Shown here: piece by piece, positions 23,301 through 37,200 of the stretch
Position numbering within the stretch: the first letter of the stretch is position 1
Layout: each line of letters opens with the position of its first letter
Assembly: GCF_006345805.1 (NCBI RefSeq)
Contig: NW_021833065.1
Coordinates: 1 to 64,000, forward strand
Direction of reading: 5' to 3'
From: Octopus sinensis
Lineage: Eukaryota
Length of the DNA: 64,000 nt
Made by a program: the position numbers and the translations under genes
The notes under the pieces: model-generated
Told to the model about the DNA's origin: nothing
Database searches by the model: none
Seen by the model: only the letters and a program-made list of their open reading frames with translations

Positions 23301-26300
23301 AATATAACTTTTTTTAGTTTTTATTCCATTTAGAAGTGATTTTTAGGGAAATGATGTAATCATAGTTCTGTTTTAACCCTTTTCTTGTTTTGTGTATCTG
23401 ACGTCCATGCATTGCATATCATACACATTCCCAATCTTTTTTGACCATCTGAAGAGTATCTTGGAACTTATGTAAGGAAAGCTTTGTATTACCTGAAATG
23501 TATAAAACAAGGGATAACTAAAGGCGTGAAAACAAGTATGGTTGTTTAGGACAGGCAAAGGGTTCAAGGATACATTGTTTTATAATTAATACTACAAAGT
23601 TATTTATTAATTTTATGGTCAATGTTACAATATAGCTAATTAGTTTTATTGACAATATTACAAAACCATACATGGTAAACAGTAGTTGGCTTACTTTCAG
23701 TATGTAAACTCAATTCATTTGCCTCAGAGCAAGATAGCAAGTATTGAATTCATGATTTTTAGATTCATAGTTTGGCATCCTATCACCAAAAAGTTGGTAG
23801 TAGTATTTTTAATGGATCTTGTGTATTTTTAAAATACATAAAACAGTGGTTATGAAGTTATGCCATTTTATGCTATCAATTAGATTTATATTGCTATTAT
23901 AGATCAAATGTGCATTGTCTCATCAACTTGGATGAAAGTGGTTCATTTCCACTCTTTTCATATTTTCACAAATATTTTCTGCATTGCCTTGTCAATATTT
24001 TGTATTGTATCTGGCCTATGATTTGTCTTTTTATTTTATATAGTAATTTGTGTAGTTTGGAAGGTTGTAAGTAACAATAACATTATTATATAATGGTTTC
24101 CAATAGGCTAGTCACTGCTTTACTGCATTTTGTTCATAAGAGTCTATGCACTGCCCTTGAATGCAGAGGTATGTGGAGACTTCTTTACCACACAGCTATG
24201 CCTGCTCCTAATATGTATATTTATATCTTAATCTTGCTAGATACAAGGCAATCATCATAAGTGCTGGTGCCAAGAAAAAGCACCCAGTACACTTTGTAAA
24301 GTGGATGGCATTAGGAAAAGCTTTCTGACAAAGAAACTCTACCAAAATACACAGTGCATAATTAAGTTCACCAACTCCTCAGACAAGTTACCCAACCTAT
24401 GCCAGCATGGAAGCTAGATGGTGATGATGAAGATGATATCATTTACAATTCTAGGTCCATAAAAGATATCCATACACACAGTAGACTTTACTACAGTTTC
24501 TGTTTTCCAAATCATTACCGACTTGGTTTTGAGGTGAAGGTAAAATTTGCAGGTAATACGAAGTATTATTTGACAGTGATTGCAATATAAACACTTCTAT
24601 TTTGATCCCTGGTGGAGCACTGTCCCACTCTGCCTTAGTAACCTTAGACCACACTCTCTCCTTTAGAAGAGCTTGTCAGAAACACCAAATTGATTGAAAC
24701 TGTTTCCTACAGAAACTGGAGGAAATCAACCCATGCTAAGAAAACTTGGCCCAGTGTTGAATAGTGCCTGCTGCCTAATCACTGGTGTCATGGAACCCAC
24801 CAATGCAAATTACCTGCTCCTTTTAACAGGTACTGCCTCTACTGATATCATAAAGTGGTCATTCAAATCAAGATGACAAAGGCTGTTATTGATGGATGTC
24901 AACTCCTGGCCCAGCAACTGTAGTCAAGAAGCTTATCACCATCTTGGGAAAAGAGACAGACTCCACTTCAAAAAATGTAAAAAAAAGAACTGTAGAAAGA
25001 ATTGAAAGAAATATTTTCCAGATTGCTCTCGTAAGGTATTTTTAATCCAAGGCTATGATAAAAGACATCTGAGATGTCATGCCATATGATTGAACTGATC
25101 TACATTAACAATAATTATACTACATAGTTCATCAGTAAGGCTTTATATATTAAAACAATTTTATTGGCTATTATAATCGTAGCTCTATACGCTTATATCA
25201 CATCAATAATTGTTAGCAGTCTCCAGCAATATTTCAGTTATGGCGAAAATAAAAAACACTTTCCTGTCATGTACATATTTCAATGCCTCATTCAGTTACT
25301 ACCACTTGGTATAGAACAATTATTATACAATACTGTATGGTATTTTTTTAAAATACTTTTCTGCAATGTTAGATGTTTCTGAGCATCTAATATTGCAGGG
25401 AGATTATCCTGGATAAGTATGCATCTAACAAGCCCTATTCACTAAAGCAATGTTGCTGGCCCATGATTTATGAATATCGGGAGGGGTCTTTTTTTTTTTT
25501 ATTTGATAACTTACTGAAAATGATTTCAATAAATGATGCATGTAAGGCAAAAAATTATGAAGACTGTTTTTTCCTTTTCTTTTTTAAGAAAAATGATGGA
25601 GGCAGTATTATGATAGCTATCACCTCTCATCCAGACAGCTGGTTGCTTGATCTCTGCAAGAGAATATTATTTTCCATTTATTTGTCAGAGCTCAAGTTCC
25701 AAACTACTGGCAGCACCCAGAATTCAATAAGCAATAAAATTGAGTTCTAGTTTTATGTATTAAGTTTGTTTCTTTACTGTTATTTTAAGGGATAATCTTC
25801 AAATGTTAACTACATCCTTAATACAGATAGAAAGCACTGTCATTCCTAACAAGACATTTATCTATAATAGTCTGATCCATCTAGATCTAAACCTTCATCA
25901 TGACTCCACCAAGACCAGAGTACTACCTCAAACTTATCAATTGCAAAAGCTCTCTCATTCATTCACGCACACACACATGCACAAACTCTGAAACATTAAA
26001 CTCTTCCTTTTGTTGCATACCAGCTCCTCATAACTCACACACTTCACAGTATAATTGGAGTTCTAGGTAGTTCAGTGCAAATTTTATGCTATTTTACATT
26101 GTGGTTAATAATATTTTATTGTTAATGGGAAGGTGCAGGTTGTAAAGAACTAAAACTGATGTCATGCTCTTTTCATGCTTTTTGAGTTTTCTTCCTCTCT
26201 ACTGTATGATGTATCCATTTGTTAGGTGGAGTGATGAAGGTGAAAGGGGAGAGAGAATGATAATAGAAGGTAGACAATTGTAAATTAAGTGATGGAAGAG

Positions 26301-26574
26301 TGTATCAAGTACAAACATCTCTGATCCTATATTTTATACTTAGACCTCATGGTGGGAAAGGTAGGTAGAGTGGTGAGGATGGTGGCAAGGGAGGATCAAA
26401 AACAGATAGATCCAGTTGTATTACTTATTTCAAAGATAGCATGGTACTGGAGTAGCAAAGTGTCAGAGAGATGCATGAATTGAAAGATCTAGTGCCATCT
26501 GCAAATACACTGATAGCATAGACAGAAAACGATGTTGTTTTTCCATGTTTGCAAGTGTTCTCTAGCATTCATGT

Positions 26575-27600
26575 AGCCAATCATGTCAGTCATTTATCAT
26601 CTTTGTGAGGCTCAGAACCTTTAGATCAGTCTTCACCTCTTTATCTCAAGTCTTCCTAGACCTCTCTCTTCCACATGTTCCATCAACTCTGAGCATCCTG
26701 CATTTCTTAATAGTGTAATCCTCTATATGCATTGCCTGTGCAGTCTTCTCTCTTGTATACTACATCAGATTACTCTCAGCTCATTTCTATTAATTATTCA
26801 TACACTCTAATATTACATGCCAACCTGAGCATGCCAAATTGTTTTCATTTTTGAGCAGTACTACAACTTTTTTCCAGCCTGTTATTACTACTATACTTTA
26901 GGAACACCCACCTCCACTGATAATTAGGTCACCTAAGTAACAGAAGCTATCAGCTACTGCTAGGGAGCCTTCTGAGCACTTGAAATAATGTTTCCCTTCT
27001 GCTTATTACCTTTGTGAATCTTTGATTCCATTACATCTTGTATGTCCATACTTTACACTGGGTATACTGTGTGAAATTCCTAACTAATCTTTGCTAAGTT
27101 TTCTTTGAGGCCTCTTGATCTAGGTTTTGCTAGTAAAGTATGGAATTTCCTTTCTAATCCTATTACAGATTGAGTTATGAAAACAAGGTCATTGCAACTT
27201 ATAGTTTTCATGGACAACCAATCTTAAATTCTTCTGTTATGGCTTAGAGGATTGGATAACCCCTACCTTCAAGCTAAATTTGTTGCTATACTCACTGCTT
27301 ATTCTCACCTTGCTGATTATAGCTCTCTACATGGTTTGTACAGCAGTCACCAGCTAATCCCCTACTCCTAACCTCTTTAGGTACCAACAGATTACAGAGT
27401 GTGGAACCCTTCCAAAAGCATTCTACGGGTCTGCAAATGCTAATTACAGTAGCTTACTCTTAACTAAGCTCTTTTCCTGGCACGGCGCCAGTTTGTATTT
27501 CAAGGTTAATTCTAATCAACTGATCTGTAACTCTTTATGCAACTTTGGTAACTAGGCCCATCAATTTGTACCTCTGTAATTTCCTTTCCCTAGTGCAATT
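26575..27600 (-). mobile_element. Heavily decayed RTE-type LINE fragment
   Basis: The reverse complement of 26600-26830 resembles the RTE C-terminal region at 17250-17500; no intact ORF; boundaries approximate. Confidence 0.5.
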
Positions 27601-28196
27601 CTTCTTAAAATGAGTGGGACCTCCTTCCAGGGGGTGCCAGTGAAAAACTTTATAGGAGTACAAGGGACTGTAGAGGAGTAATGGATGTATCTTTTAGTTG
27701 CTCTGATTTTCAAAAATAGTTTCAATTTTTATTCTGAGTGTGAATCAGCTGGTAATATTAATTGCTTCAAATGTTGTTTTGACATTCCATATTGATAGAA
27801 GGATTTCTGTGCTAGTAGTCTTTTTAGTGATCATCTTCTTAGCAGAAAATTTTGTGGTGTATTTAATCTTGTTCAGTTGTAGCAAGAGGGGTTGGTAAAG
27901 TATTAGTAAAATAAAAGATGATATTTAAAGAAAAATATTTAAGAAGCAGTGCACTTGTGCATCTCCTTTTCTCTCTCGACCTTGCTGACATTGTCCAAAG
28001 GAGTGCAGAGCATTACGTTCGGCACTAGCTTGGTTGCAGGGGCTCCACTCCAGATTTCTTTGAAGGTTGTCTCCTTTCCATAACCCTGGATAGGGGCCCA
28101 TACCGAGTACTGTCAGCTGGAGCCAGCTGAGCCCGGGACACGTGTCAGGCAGAGTTGTCACTCCCTGAAGTAGTGAAGAAAATCGCTACTCACTAC

Positions 28197-28273
28197 AGTA
28201 CTATTATGACACTATCTTCGGTACTATTATGGCACTATCTTCGGTACTATTATGGCACTATCTACAGTACTAT
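28197..28273. repeat. 23-bp tandem repeat (GTACTATTATGRCACTATCTTCG) x3
   Basis: Directly visible. Confidence 0.85.
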
Positions 28274-29085
28274 TTCACTACCACATCATATGTTACACTG
28301 GAACTATGCATCAGCCACAAACTAGATCTCCAGCCTTCAACAGGCTGTCATAAAAACTCCCCATTTTCTCTTTGCTCCTCCATTTGCTTTCCTACTTGTC
28401 CTTATCATCAGCTACAATCTCTCTCTATCCAAGACTAGCCAAGGGTTCTTTCAGCTTTTGTTTTCTTACTTCAAATCCTTCATGTGTGTGTATTGTTAAG
28501 TCTGAAAAAAAAAAGGCTTTTGCAGATTCTAAAAAACTAGTGTAATCAATGTGACTGATGTTCATAAATGATTGCAGGTTGACAGCTTGCAAGAAAAATA
28601 TAGGATGGTTGGGAATTTCTGAGGGATGATGTGCTAAAGACAAAGGACTGTAAAAGTAATTAATTCATCACTTGTAAATCACAATATACTGACTACCACT
28701 GCCAACAATACTTCTAAACTGATGGTATCACTCATCGCTCTTCCTTATCCTTCTTCCAGGTATCATCTAAACTCAGACATCATACTAAATCTACATTGTT
28801 TTTATGAATATAGACTGCAGAAACATCTCTAAAAGTATTGTCATCCATGTCTCATTCAATAGCACAAGGACACAATCACAATATATATATATATATAAAT
28901 AATATAGGATAAAATTTTCGAAAAAAATTTTATCAATGGCCAGCATATTAAAAAAATAACCTTTAAAGGTTAAATTTATAAACAACTTATAAACAACTTA
29001 TAAACAAATTATATGGTTATTGACAATTAAGTCTATTTTCAGCATATTTGGCATTGGAATTTTTTCTTTTGCCCTTGTTTATAAG

Positions 29086-29160
<75 letters not shown>
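29086..29160. repeat. (TA)n(GA)n microsatellite
   Basis: Directly visible. Confidence 0.95.
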
Positions 29161-29162
<2 letters not shown>

Positions 29163-29559
29163 AATCTCGTGCCCATCTTTAACACGAACAACATGAAATG
29201 AAAGCCCCCAAAATTGCTATATGCTAGAGTCACCATCACTGGTGATCTCTCTTGGAGATCTTATATCCTTAGCACAGCTAAGATCAGCTTGCTTCTTCAA
29301 GACCAGAAAATTACTCTTTGTAGTTAAATAACTTTCTGCAAAGTTTAAATGAGACACATAGTAGAATACTGCCCACACATCTGAGATGGTGCTGCCTGTA
29401 CTGCATAAAAAATAAAATACCTGGCTAATTGGCATAAAATCACTCACCAACACACTCCTGTCTCTGCTTTTCTCTACCTTAAAATTTTGTTATGTGTGTC
29501 ATTATTTTTAAATTAGCACAAATCAATTTGTGGTGCCTGAATAATTTACCATTTTCAGC

Positions 29560-30460
29560 AGTAAACACGTTTCTTTTTCTCAGCTCAGCTTACTGTTTTT
29601 CTTGAATGGTTGCAAGGGAGGGGGGAACTACGCATAGTAGTTTATAGTGGGCCTAGGATAGTGGACACAATATGGGTGACTAGAGAGGTGAATGAGTCAA
29701 GCATGCATGAATGAATGCAGTACAAGACTAACAAACTCTGAGGAGCAGAAGCCATAATGGTTGTGATAGAAGTGTTAAAGAAAGAAAGCAGTTTGTTGGA
29801 TGGCCTTTCTTTGGATGTAGTTTAGGAAGTCCGCATACAATAGATGTGAGAGCAGTGTTCTATTTTGGGTCTCACTTTAGCTTGGTAGTGGGTTAATAGT
29901 TGACCAAGACTGAAGGAATTTATGTCTCTGCAATGGTAGGACAGTTTTTACTGAGAGATTGTCAGTGATAGTGAAACCTAGCACTTACAGTGACTTGGTG
30001 AGCTCTAGTTGCAAGCTATTCATATTCAGAGAGGTAGGGTGCAGTGTTTTCTCTACATGTGTAGTTATTGTTTCTTTGTGCTCTTGAGGCAAGGTTGACA
30101 TAACTCCATTGGAATATATGTTCAAGGTCCCTGATCATGGAGTCGATGCAGGTTGGCTTCAAGTATTAACTTGTAGATGACATTTGGTTGCAGAATGTTA
30201 TGGAGAAATGCAAGAGGGTACCATCTACATAAGGTGTTGTTGGTGACAACAAATAGGTTGTTGTTTAGGAGTGTGAAGGTCAAAACTGATCCTTTGGGTA
30301 GTGTATGTTATTGTTCCATCAGTACATGTCACAATGATATAAATAAACCCATTTGGGTTTATGTAAATTCTAAAGAAAGTTGCTACAGTTAAAAATCTTT
30401 TGTTATCACATTTACTATTGTCTTGCAGCATATGTTTTGGGGATCAGTGACTATCTGTAG
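29560..30460 (-). mobile_element. Decayed LINE RT-region relic
   Basis: Higher-GC, coding-like minus-strand sequence with many stops; family not resolvable by eye. Confidence 0.35.
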
Positions 30461-30471
30461 GATTAGATATA

Positions 30472-30670
30472 TTAACCCTTTAGCATTCAGATTATTTTAT
30501 CAAATGTAATGCTTGTTTATTCTTGAATGATCATGTATTATCTTGTAGCTTCAAGACTTTGATGACCTGACTGTATATTTTTAGAATGACATTTTGGGGT
30601 TAGTGTAATAGATGGGATCTGGCTGATTTGAGTGTAAAGCAGGTAGACTATTTGGGTTGGATATAGCCAA
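30472..30670. mobile_element. Truncated piggyBac-like MITE (family of 32428 and 51588)
   Basis: Starts TTAA-CCCTTTAGCATTCAGATTATT; colinear with 32428-32636; second TIR missing. Confidence 0.7.
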
Positions 30671-30908
30671 AATAAAAATGTTATCTATTTGAAGAGTTGC
30701 AAATTTTATAATACATATAAATCAGTTTTTCACAAATTTTAGATCACTCTTAGTGTCTCCTTATATGTGCCTTTTTGTTTTGCTTTGTTTTGATTGTTTT
30801 TTAGCTAATTACTGTTCATGTTTCTGGTGGAAATACCACTGATGTAAATAAACCATTTTCTTTTTTCCACTTTCTACTATAATAAATTGAATCTCTTTGA
30901 GTTTTAAT

Positions 30909-31038
30909 CAGGGCTGTGGAGTTGAATTCAGAAACAATTAAGGGGTAGCTGGAGTTGGAGTCGGTAAAATAGACCACAATCACTTAATTACATAGAGGAG
31001 TCGGAGTTGAAGTTTTTTGTTTCGACTCCACAGCCCTG
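30909..31038. mobile_element. hAT-type MITE
   Basis: TIR CAGGGCTGTGGAGT / ACTCCACAGCCCTG with perfect 8-bp TSD GTTTTAAT (30901-30908, 31039-31046). Confidence 0.9.
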
Positions 31039-31126
31039 GTTTTAATTAATGCCATGTTCATTTTTTGTTCAATTTAATTTATAAGTAAAACAAATTTATA
31101 TGTTCCATTTACAGGTGGGGTGTGCC

Positions 31127-31201
31127 ATGCAAAGAAAAAAGAAGTCAGGCTCCTTGCACATTCTCCTATATTCAGAGCAGAATATCAAGCTATCATCATG
31201 A
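31127..31201 (+). promoter_or_regulatory. uORF (24 aa, [24 protein letters not shown]) whose TGA overlaps the KMT2E ATG
   Basis: GCCATGC at 31124-31130 in the exon beginning after the AG at 31113-31114; stop TGA 31199-31201 overlaps ATG 31198-31200. Confidence 0.6.
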
Positions 31202-31268
31202 GCTTGGTAGCCCGCCAGGAACTTATTGCACCTGCATCTGCAGCTGTCAAAATGGCTGCTGGTATTCA
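31198..31268 (+). CDS. KMT2E: KMT2E coding exon 1 ([23 protein letters not shown])
   Basis: Resembles the vertebrate MSIV...MAAGS N-terminus; donor CA|GTAAGT, phase 2. Confidence 0.8.
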
Positions 31269-34200
31269 GTAAGTTTATGATTAACAAATAATAATTTAAT
31301 ATAATTTACAAAAAAAAAAAAGCAGCAAAGAAAACATTAAACAACAGGGTTAACTTTTAGATTTGTTTTGATGCTTTATAAGCTTAAGGGAGATTTGTAG
31401 AAAATGTTTACCCTGTATAGCTTTTGACTTAATCAAGTTAACAATAACTCCTCCTAGATTGTATACTGATGTAATTTATACAAATAGATTTTCAGCTAAT
31501 TTTGTTTCAAATTATGTTATGCAAATCTCCTAAAACATATAATTAAAGATGAATTTTTTGCTGTACTTTTGTTACAATTAGTCTATTTATTTCAGTCCTG
31601 AATCTAGAGAAGCTGTTTGTGCAGCAGCTACAACTCAAGAGGATCCAAATTATCCACCTCCAGAAGCTTATGCTAGATGTTTTGGACTTCCTTATCAAGT
31701 TAAATTGGTAATTCTTTTCTTTTTATCATTTAGAATAAAAAAACTTTTGATGTTAGTGAGTTCACACTGTTTACTTAGGAAAATCCTGAAGCATAATATA
31801 TTTTATCCTATTGACTTCAATAGCACTCGGTAAGATTATTGGTACTGTTCTATTTTGGATAATTTATATTTGTCAAAATATAAATATAGGTGTCTGAAGT
31901 AAATAAAAATTCATTTTTCTGTTAATTATTTACTATTTTATGTGCTTTTATGTTAAACAGAAGATTATGAAATTACACAATTCAATTCAGTAATATCCTA
32001 GCATTTAGTGGTTTGGAGATATAATTACTTGTTAACAAGCTCTCAATATACATCTAAAGTAAGCAGGGAAACAAAATAGTTGATATTTTTTTAGTTATGA
32101 TTTAATTAGAAGTACATCATCTTTTTATTAATCTAAATTCTGTATCCCAAATCTGACTTTTTGCTTAGAAATTTAGAACACACTTTAAACCTTAGGCATT
32201 CCTGAGAATTAACTCCACTTTTATATGAAAGCACATGGCAGATATATATATCAGGCAGCACTCCCATACAATTTGGTATATATATTTTGGCAAGTAGACT
32301 ATGACATATAGAGTGTTCAGTCCAAAACACTGCAACATCTCTGCAGTGAATTTGAACCCATAACATGTGAATATTTAGTATGATACACTTGGTCACTCTA
32401 CTTCTACATGGTTTTTCTGGAAAATTTTTAACCTTTAGCATTCAGATTATTCTGTCAAATTTAACACTTATTCACATTGTTTTAAATTAATCATGCAGCT
32501 TTGAGATTTTCATGATGTGACTGCTTATTTTTAGGACATGTAGGGTAGATGTGAGAGGTTGCATCTAACTGGTTTAAACATAAAACAGGTTGAATATTTA
32601 GGCCGGATGTGGCCAGTTTGAATGCTAAAGGGTTAATATAGTTACCTATCACTGCTATGTAATAGGGTTTTTTTTTAACTATATGTATGTCCTGTTTGTA
32701 TTAGCACAGTCATCTTTCATGAAAGTTTAAATTGCCACTGCTTTTAATATAATTTCCTCATTTGTGCACATTTTATTTATTCCTATTTTTTAGCCTTGCG
32801 AATATGAATTGAATATTTTATCTATTTATCTAGGACCATAACTATGTTGCCCCACCACCTCCCACACCACCCCAATCACCTCCTCCTCTGCCAACACAAC
32901 CACCACCATCATCCAAGATTAATGGCCATTTGGAAATTGATGTCTCCTCTGTGCCTGCTGTTAAAGAAAAGGATGTTGATACTGAAGATAGTATAACAAG
33001 GTGTATATGTGAACTTCAGCATGATGATGGGTATATGATATGCTGTGATAAATGCAGGTGGGTTTTGTTTTTATTTTCTCTTCAAGAATATATAGTTGCT
33101 AAAAAAAAATGTAATTTAATGTAATCATATAAATATCATTAGTGTTTTATATTTGATATTCATATTTTTATTTGATTTGTCTTGATAATTTAATTTTTAT
33201 TCTTCAAATATTTTGCAAGTTATATTTTTTATATTTTTAGTGTTTGGCAACATATTGACTGTATGGGAGTCAGGAATAACATCCCTGACTCTTACTTCTG
33301 TGAGAAATGTGAACCTAGGCAAGTTGATGTTGAGAAAGCTCGTCTTATTCAAACAAGAAAATTGGAAGAATTAACAGGTAATATATTTCTTATAAAATTT
33401 TCATCTATGGTTTATGTATTTTCTGTAATAGTATAGTTTTCAGTTGCCTTCAGATTGTTATGGTTTTCTTACCAAAAATTTTAGTTTAATTTTTTTATTC
33501 ATTATTTTATATAATTATAATCATTTCTCTTAGTTATATTCTTTATGATAAAAATGTTTATATAATGTTAGTCTCAGACATCAGAGAACTCCAGAGAAAA
33601 ATATGAAAAGAGTATATCAAAGAAATTCTATGCATATGCATAAATGTATATGCATACTTCATTGGCTTCAGTCATTGAAATGCACCATGCTAGAGTTTGG
33701 CTAAAGGAGGGTAGAGAAGGAGGCAAGGCAGAATTTGTGAGTGGGGATACAGCATTTTACGTATGTATTTTATGTTTTTCGTGGTTAAAGTTCGCTCTAA
33801 CCTTACTACCTAGTGCCATATTTTTTTAATGACTTCAAAATGAATTGGTGTATATTGGAAGTGTTTGAGTCTTTTCCTGATAGTTTGTAACAGTCCCTCT
33901 AGTCCCCAATGTTTTATAAAAAGACCTAAGTTCTCCAAAAGGATTTTCAGAGTTTTTAGATTCTTTTGGTAATAATCTTTCAGTCGTTTAAGTCATTAGA
34001 CTGAAGCCATGCATGGGCATCGTCTTGAATGATATTAGTCAAACAAATCGACCTCAGTACCTATTTTAACTTTTGTTTTTTAATAATGCTTGGTATTTAT
34101 TTTACCAGTCTCTTTTGCTGATCTACTACGTTACTGGGACATAACAGTCAAGCAGTGGTGGGGACCAAAGACACACACATAAATAATGATGATAACAATT

Positions 34201-37200
34201 GTTAACTATATTTGCTTCTGTGATTTGAAGTGGCATTCTTGAGCACACGTTGCAGAAATGAAGATATTTAATAATACTTTTCTTCATATATAATATGTTG
34301 CATAGAATCTATTTTAGGGTGCAATACATCTCATTTTAAGATATAACCTAACCTAATACCTAGTGCCAAATTTTTTTAATGACTTCAAAATGTATTGGTG
34401 TATATTGGAAGTGTTTGAGTCTTTTCCTGATTTGAAAAACAAAACATTTTCTTAAATATGTGACTATTTATTTGTAACATAATAAACAAGATAAATGCAA
34501 TAAATGTGATGAGTCATTTCAACAAATAATTTACTGGATGCTAAGTTAGTTATTGTCTGAGGCACTGTTAGCTGAAACCTATTTAAAGTTATCTTGAATA
34601 TACTACATTTTGCCGAGCATTTCATTAAGCCTAGTTACAACTGGATTTAATTGTATAATGTTTTCAAAAAGTAAGCCAGATTTAACTAAGTTAAGGAAGA
34701 TAATCTATAGTCTTTGCATTCATTACTGTATGTAATATTTCTAATTAACTCTTTTAATAATTAGTAAGCAAGTTTTATGAAAAGATTGTAAGCTTTAAAT
34801 AAATGTGAAAATTTACTGCACATTTTGTTTTAATGAAATGCATGACTTCAATCAGTATTTTTCTTTATTTGTAATTTCATTTTTTTGTAAGAAATAGATT
34901 AACTTCTTACAAAAATTTCCTAATAATTAAGTGGAAGGTTTATTTGCAGCATTCATATTTATTTATACTGTTTTACTTCAGAAAAATATTTCTGGTTTCC
35001 AATATGGTGTGCCAAATTGGAAAAGTTTTCTTTTTTTCCTGTTGCTAATAGCTTTTCAGAATTATTCAAGTTGAAAGAAAACTAAAATTAAAATCTTGTG
35101 ATTAAATCAGTATCTATTACAGTAATTCTATTGTTGTGCATTGTTATGCAGAACACCAAATGCACTGCTTAAGGTTAATTACTATTCATATTTAAGTTTC
35201 AAATCATAAAAATGTTACTCAAATTATTAATTGTTCTTTATTTTAAATTTCTAGGTATTTTTATACTTTTTTTTTTTAGTAATTTGGTAATTGTAATAAA
35301 ATTACAATTTTCTGTTTTTATTTAGTTTGTATATTATTACTGCTAATATTTGATATTTTTTTTAAATAATTGACAATCCATTAGGTGCAGATTACAAAAG
35401 ATACTGTTGTTAATTCACTTTTTTTTTTTTATTTCTCTGAGTTTAATTTCTAAATATTAGAAATAATTCCAATAGGTTTTTTTGTGTGATTCTTTTTGTA
35501 ACAATTTCTAAATTTCTAAATTTCATAAAAGAGGCTAGCATATGAGATGTGTGCGTGTCAATTATAAAGTTTGTTTTAAAATACAAAGTATAGTATTGAC
35601 TCTATAATTAGCCTTTCTCTTCATTTGTAATCCAGACAGCCACACTGCTTTGATCGTCTAAGAATTTTGGTTATTAAAAAAAAATGTATTCATAAAAATA
35701 TTGGAAAGTTTCAATATCTATAGCAGTTAATATAGCTTTATCTAGTATCGTCTTAAATTTTCTTAATTTTATTGCATCTCTTTAGGTTTTATCTTGAAAC
35801 ATAATATTTTGGACATCTCAGAAATCATAGATTCAAACTTCCAGGCCTAGTTTAATATTTGCTTGTCTGTTTTACATAAATGTTCTGAAATTTGTTTCCT
35901 TTTAAATTACCTTGTTCTCTTCATCCATGTTGTGTCCACCCCACAGGCCCTGCACCACCCACTACACTTAGTTCTTCCCAAGGCATCAACTGTCTGGAAT
36001 TTCTGCATTGTATTTAACTTTCCTGCAGTTGTCAACTTGCACTCAGAGGTCCTGTAAAAGGTCCATCTTCCAGACCTAGTTATTGTATTTAATTATGTAT
36101 AATATACCTTTTTTCCTGTTCCATGTGTATGACATCCAGCACAACAGAAGTTACACCTATTGCCCAAGCTGTATAGTGGAGAGTTCACTTTAATAATGTT
36201 AGATTTTTCTATAATAGTGATAATACTTTAAGCATTCAATAAATTTCATTATTGTACCCATGTTAGAGATCATCTCAAAGGTGTTTACTATTTTACTAAC
36301 ACATTGAAATGGTTCAGAAATGTAAAACACAACCAATTAAAGAGTGATATGTGCTTGGTTTCTGATTATTCACTACTACATATTTCATGTTCACTATCCA
36401 ATCAGTATATATAATATATATACAATTTATATCTTAGTGAACAAATTTAGCATTATAGTAAATGATATTATTGTATTGACCAGACTATTGGATGTTACAC
36501 ACCACTGATCACAGTGCACTTCCTCACATTGTTATAGCTTTTGAACAATGCTTCCCCACTGGCTTGGTAGGCAGGCCAACATTCCTCTTGAACAGAACTC
36601 CAGTTTATTGCAGAGTTGCCCATTTACAGTTGAATGGACTGGAGCAACATGAAATGTAGTGTCTTGGTCATGAACACAAAGCATTGCCAGTCTGGGAATC
36701 AAAACCATGATCTTGCAAGCATGAGTGCAACACCCTAACCACTTGGCTATGCACATTCATTAAATGGTTTATATTGCATAATTAAAAAATAAAGCCACAT
36801 CTTGTATGTTACAAAAATCATAAAAGACTCTTTTATAAAAGCATAAAAAAGTTAGTTTTAAAATTCCACTTTTACATATGTTCTCTCTCTGTAAACCGGT
36901 AATAAAATTGAGCATTAAACATACTTTTTTAAGTGTCATTATCAAATTCAAATTGATTTTCTATAAAAAAAAAATGATGACTAAACACTTTTTTCTTTAC
37001 ATCTTAGTACTAAAGGAAAGTATTATACAAGATATACTTTTTCCAGCATTCCATTGCCAACCTATAACGAGTGGTGCACAGTATATATGTGTATTATGAA
37101 CAAATAAATAGAGTAATAAAATAAAATTTTAAAATAACCTTTTCATAATTGGAGAGATTTCAAAAGCTTTTTCTACAGTAAAATCAGTTCAAAATAGGTA

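Noticed and set aside
28197-28273. CRISPR-like short repeats
   Set aside because: Head-to-tail tandem units without spacers, in a eukaryotic intron.
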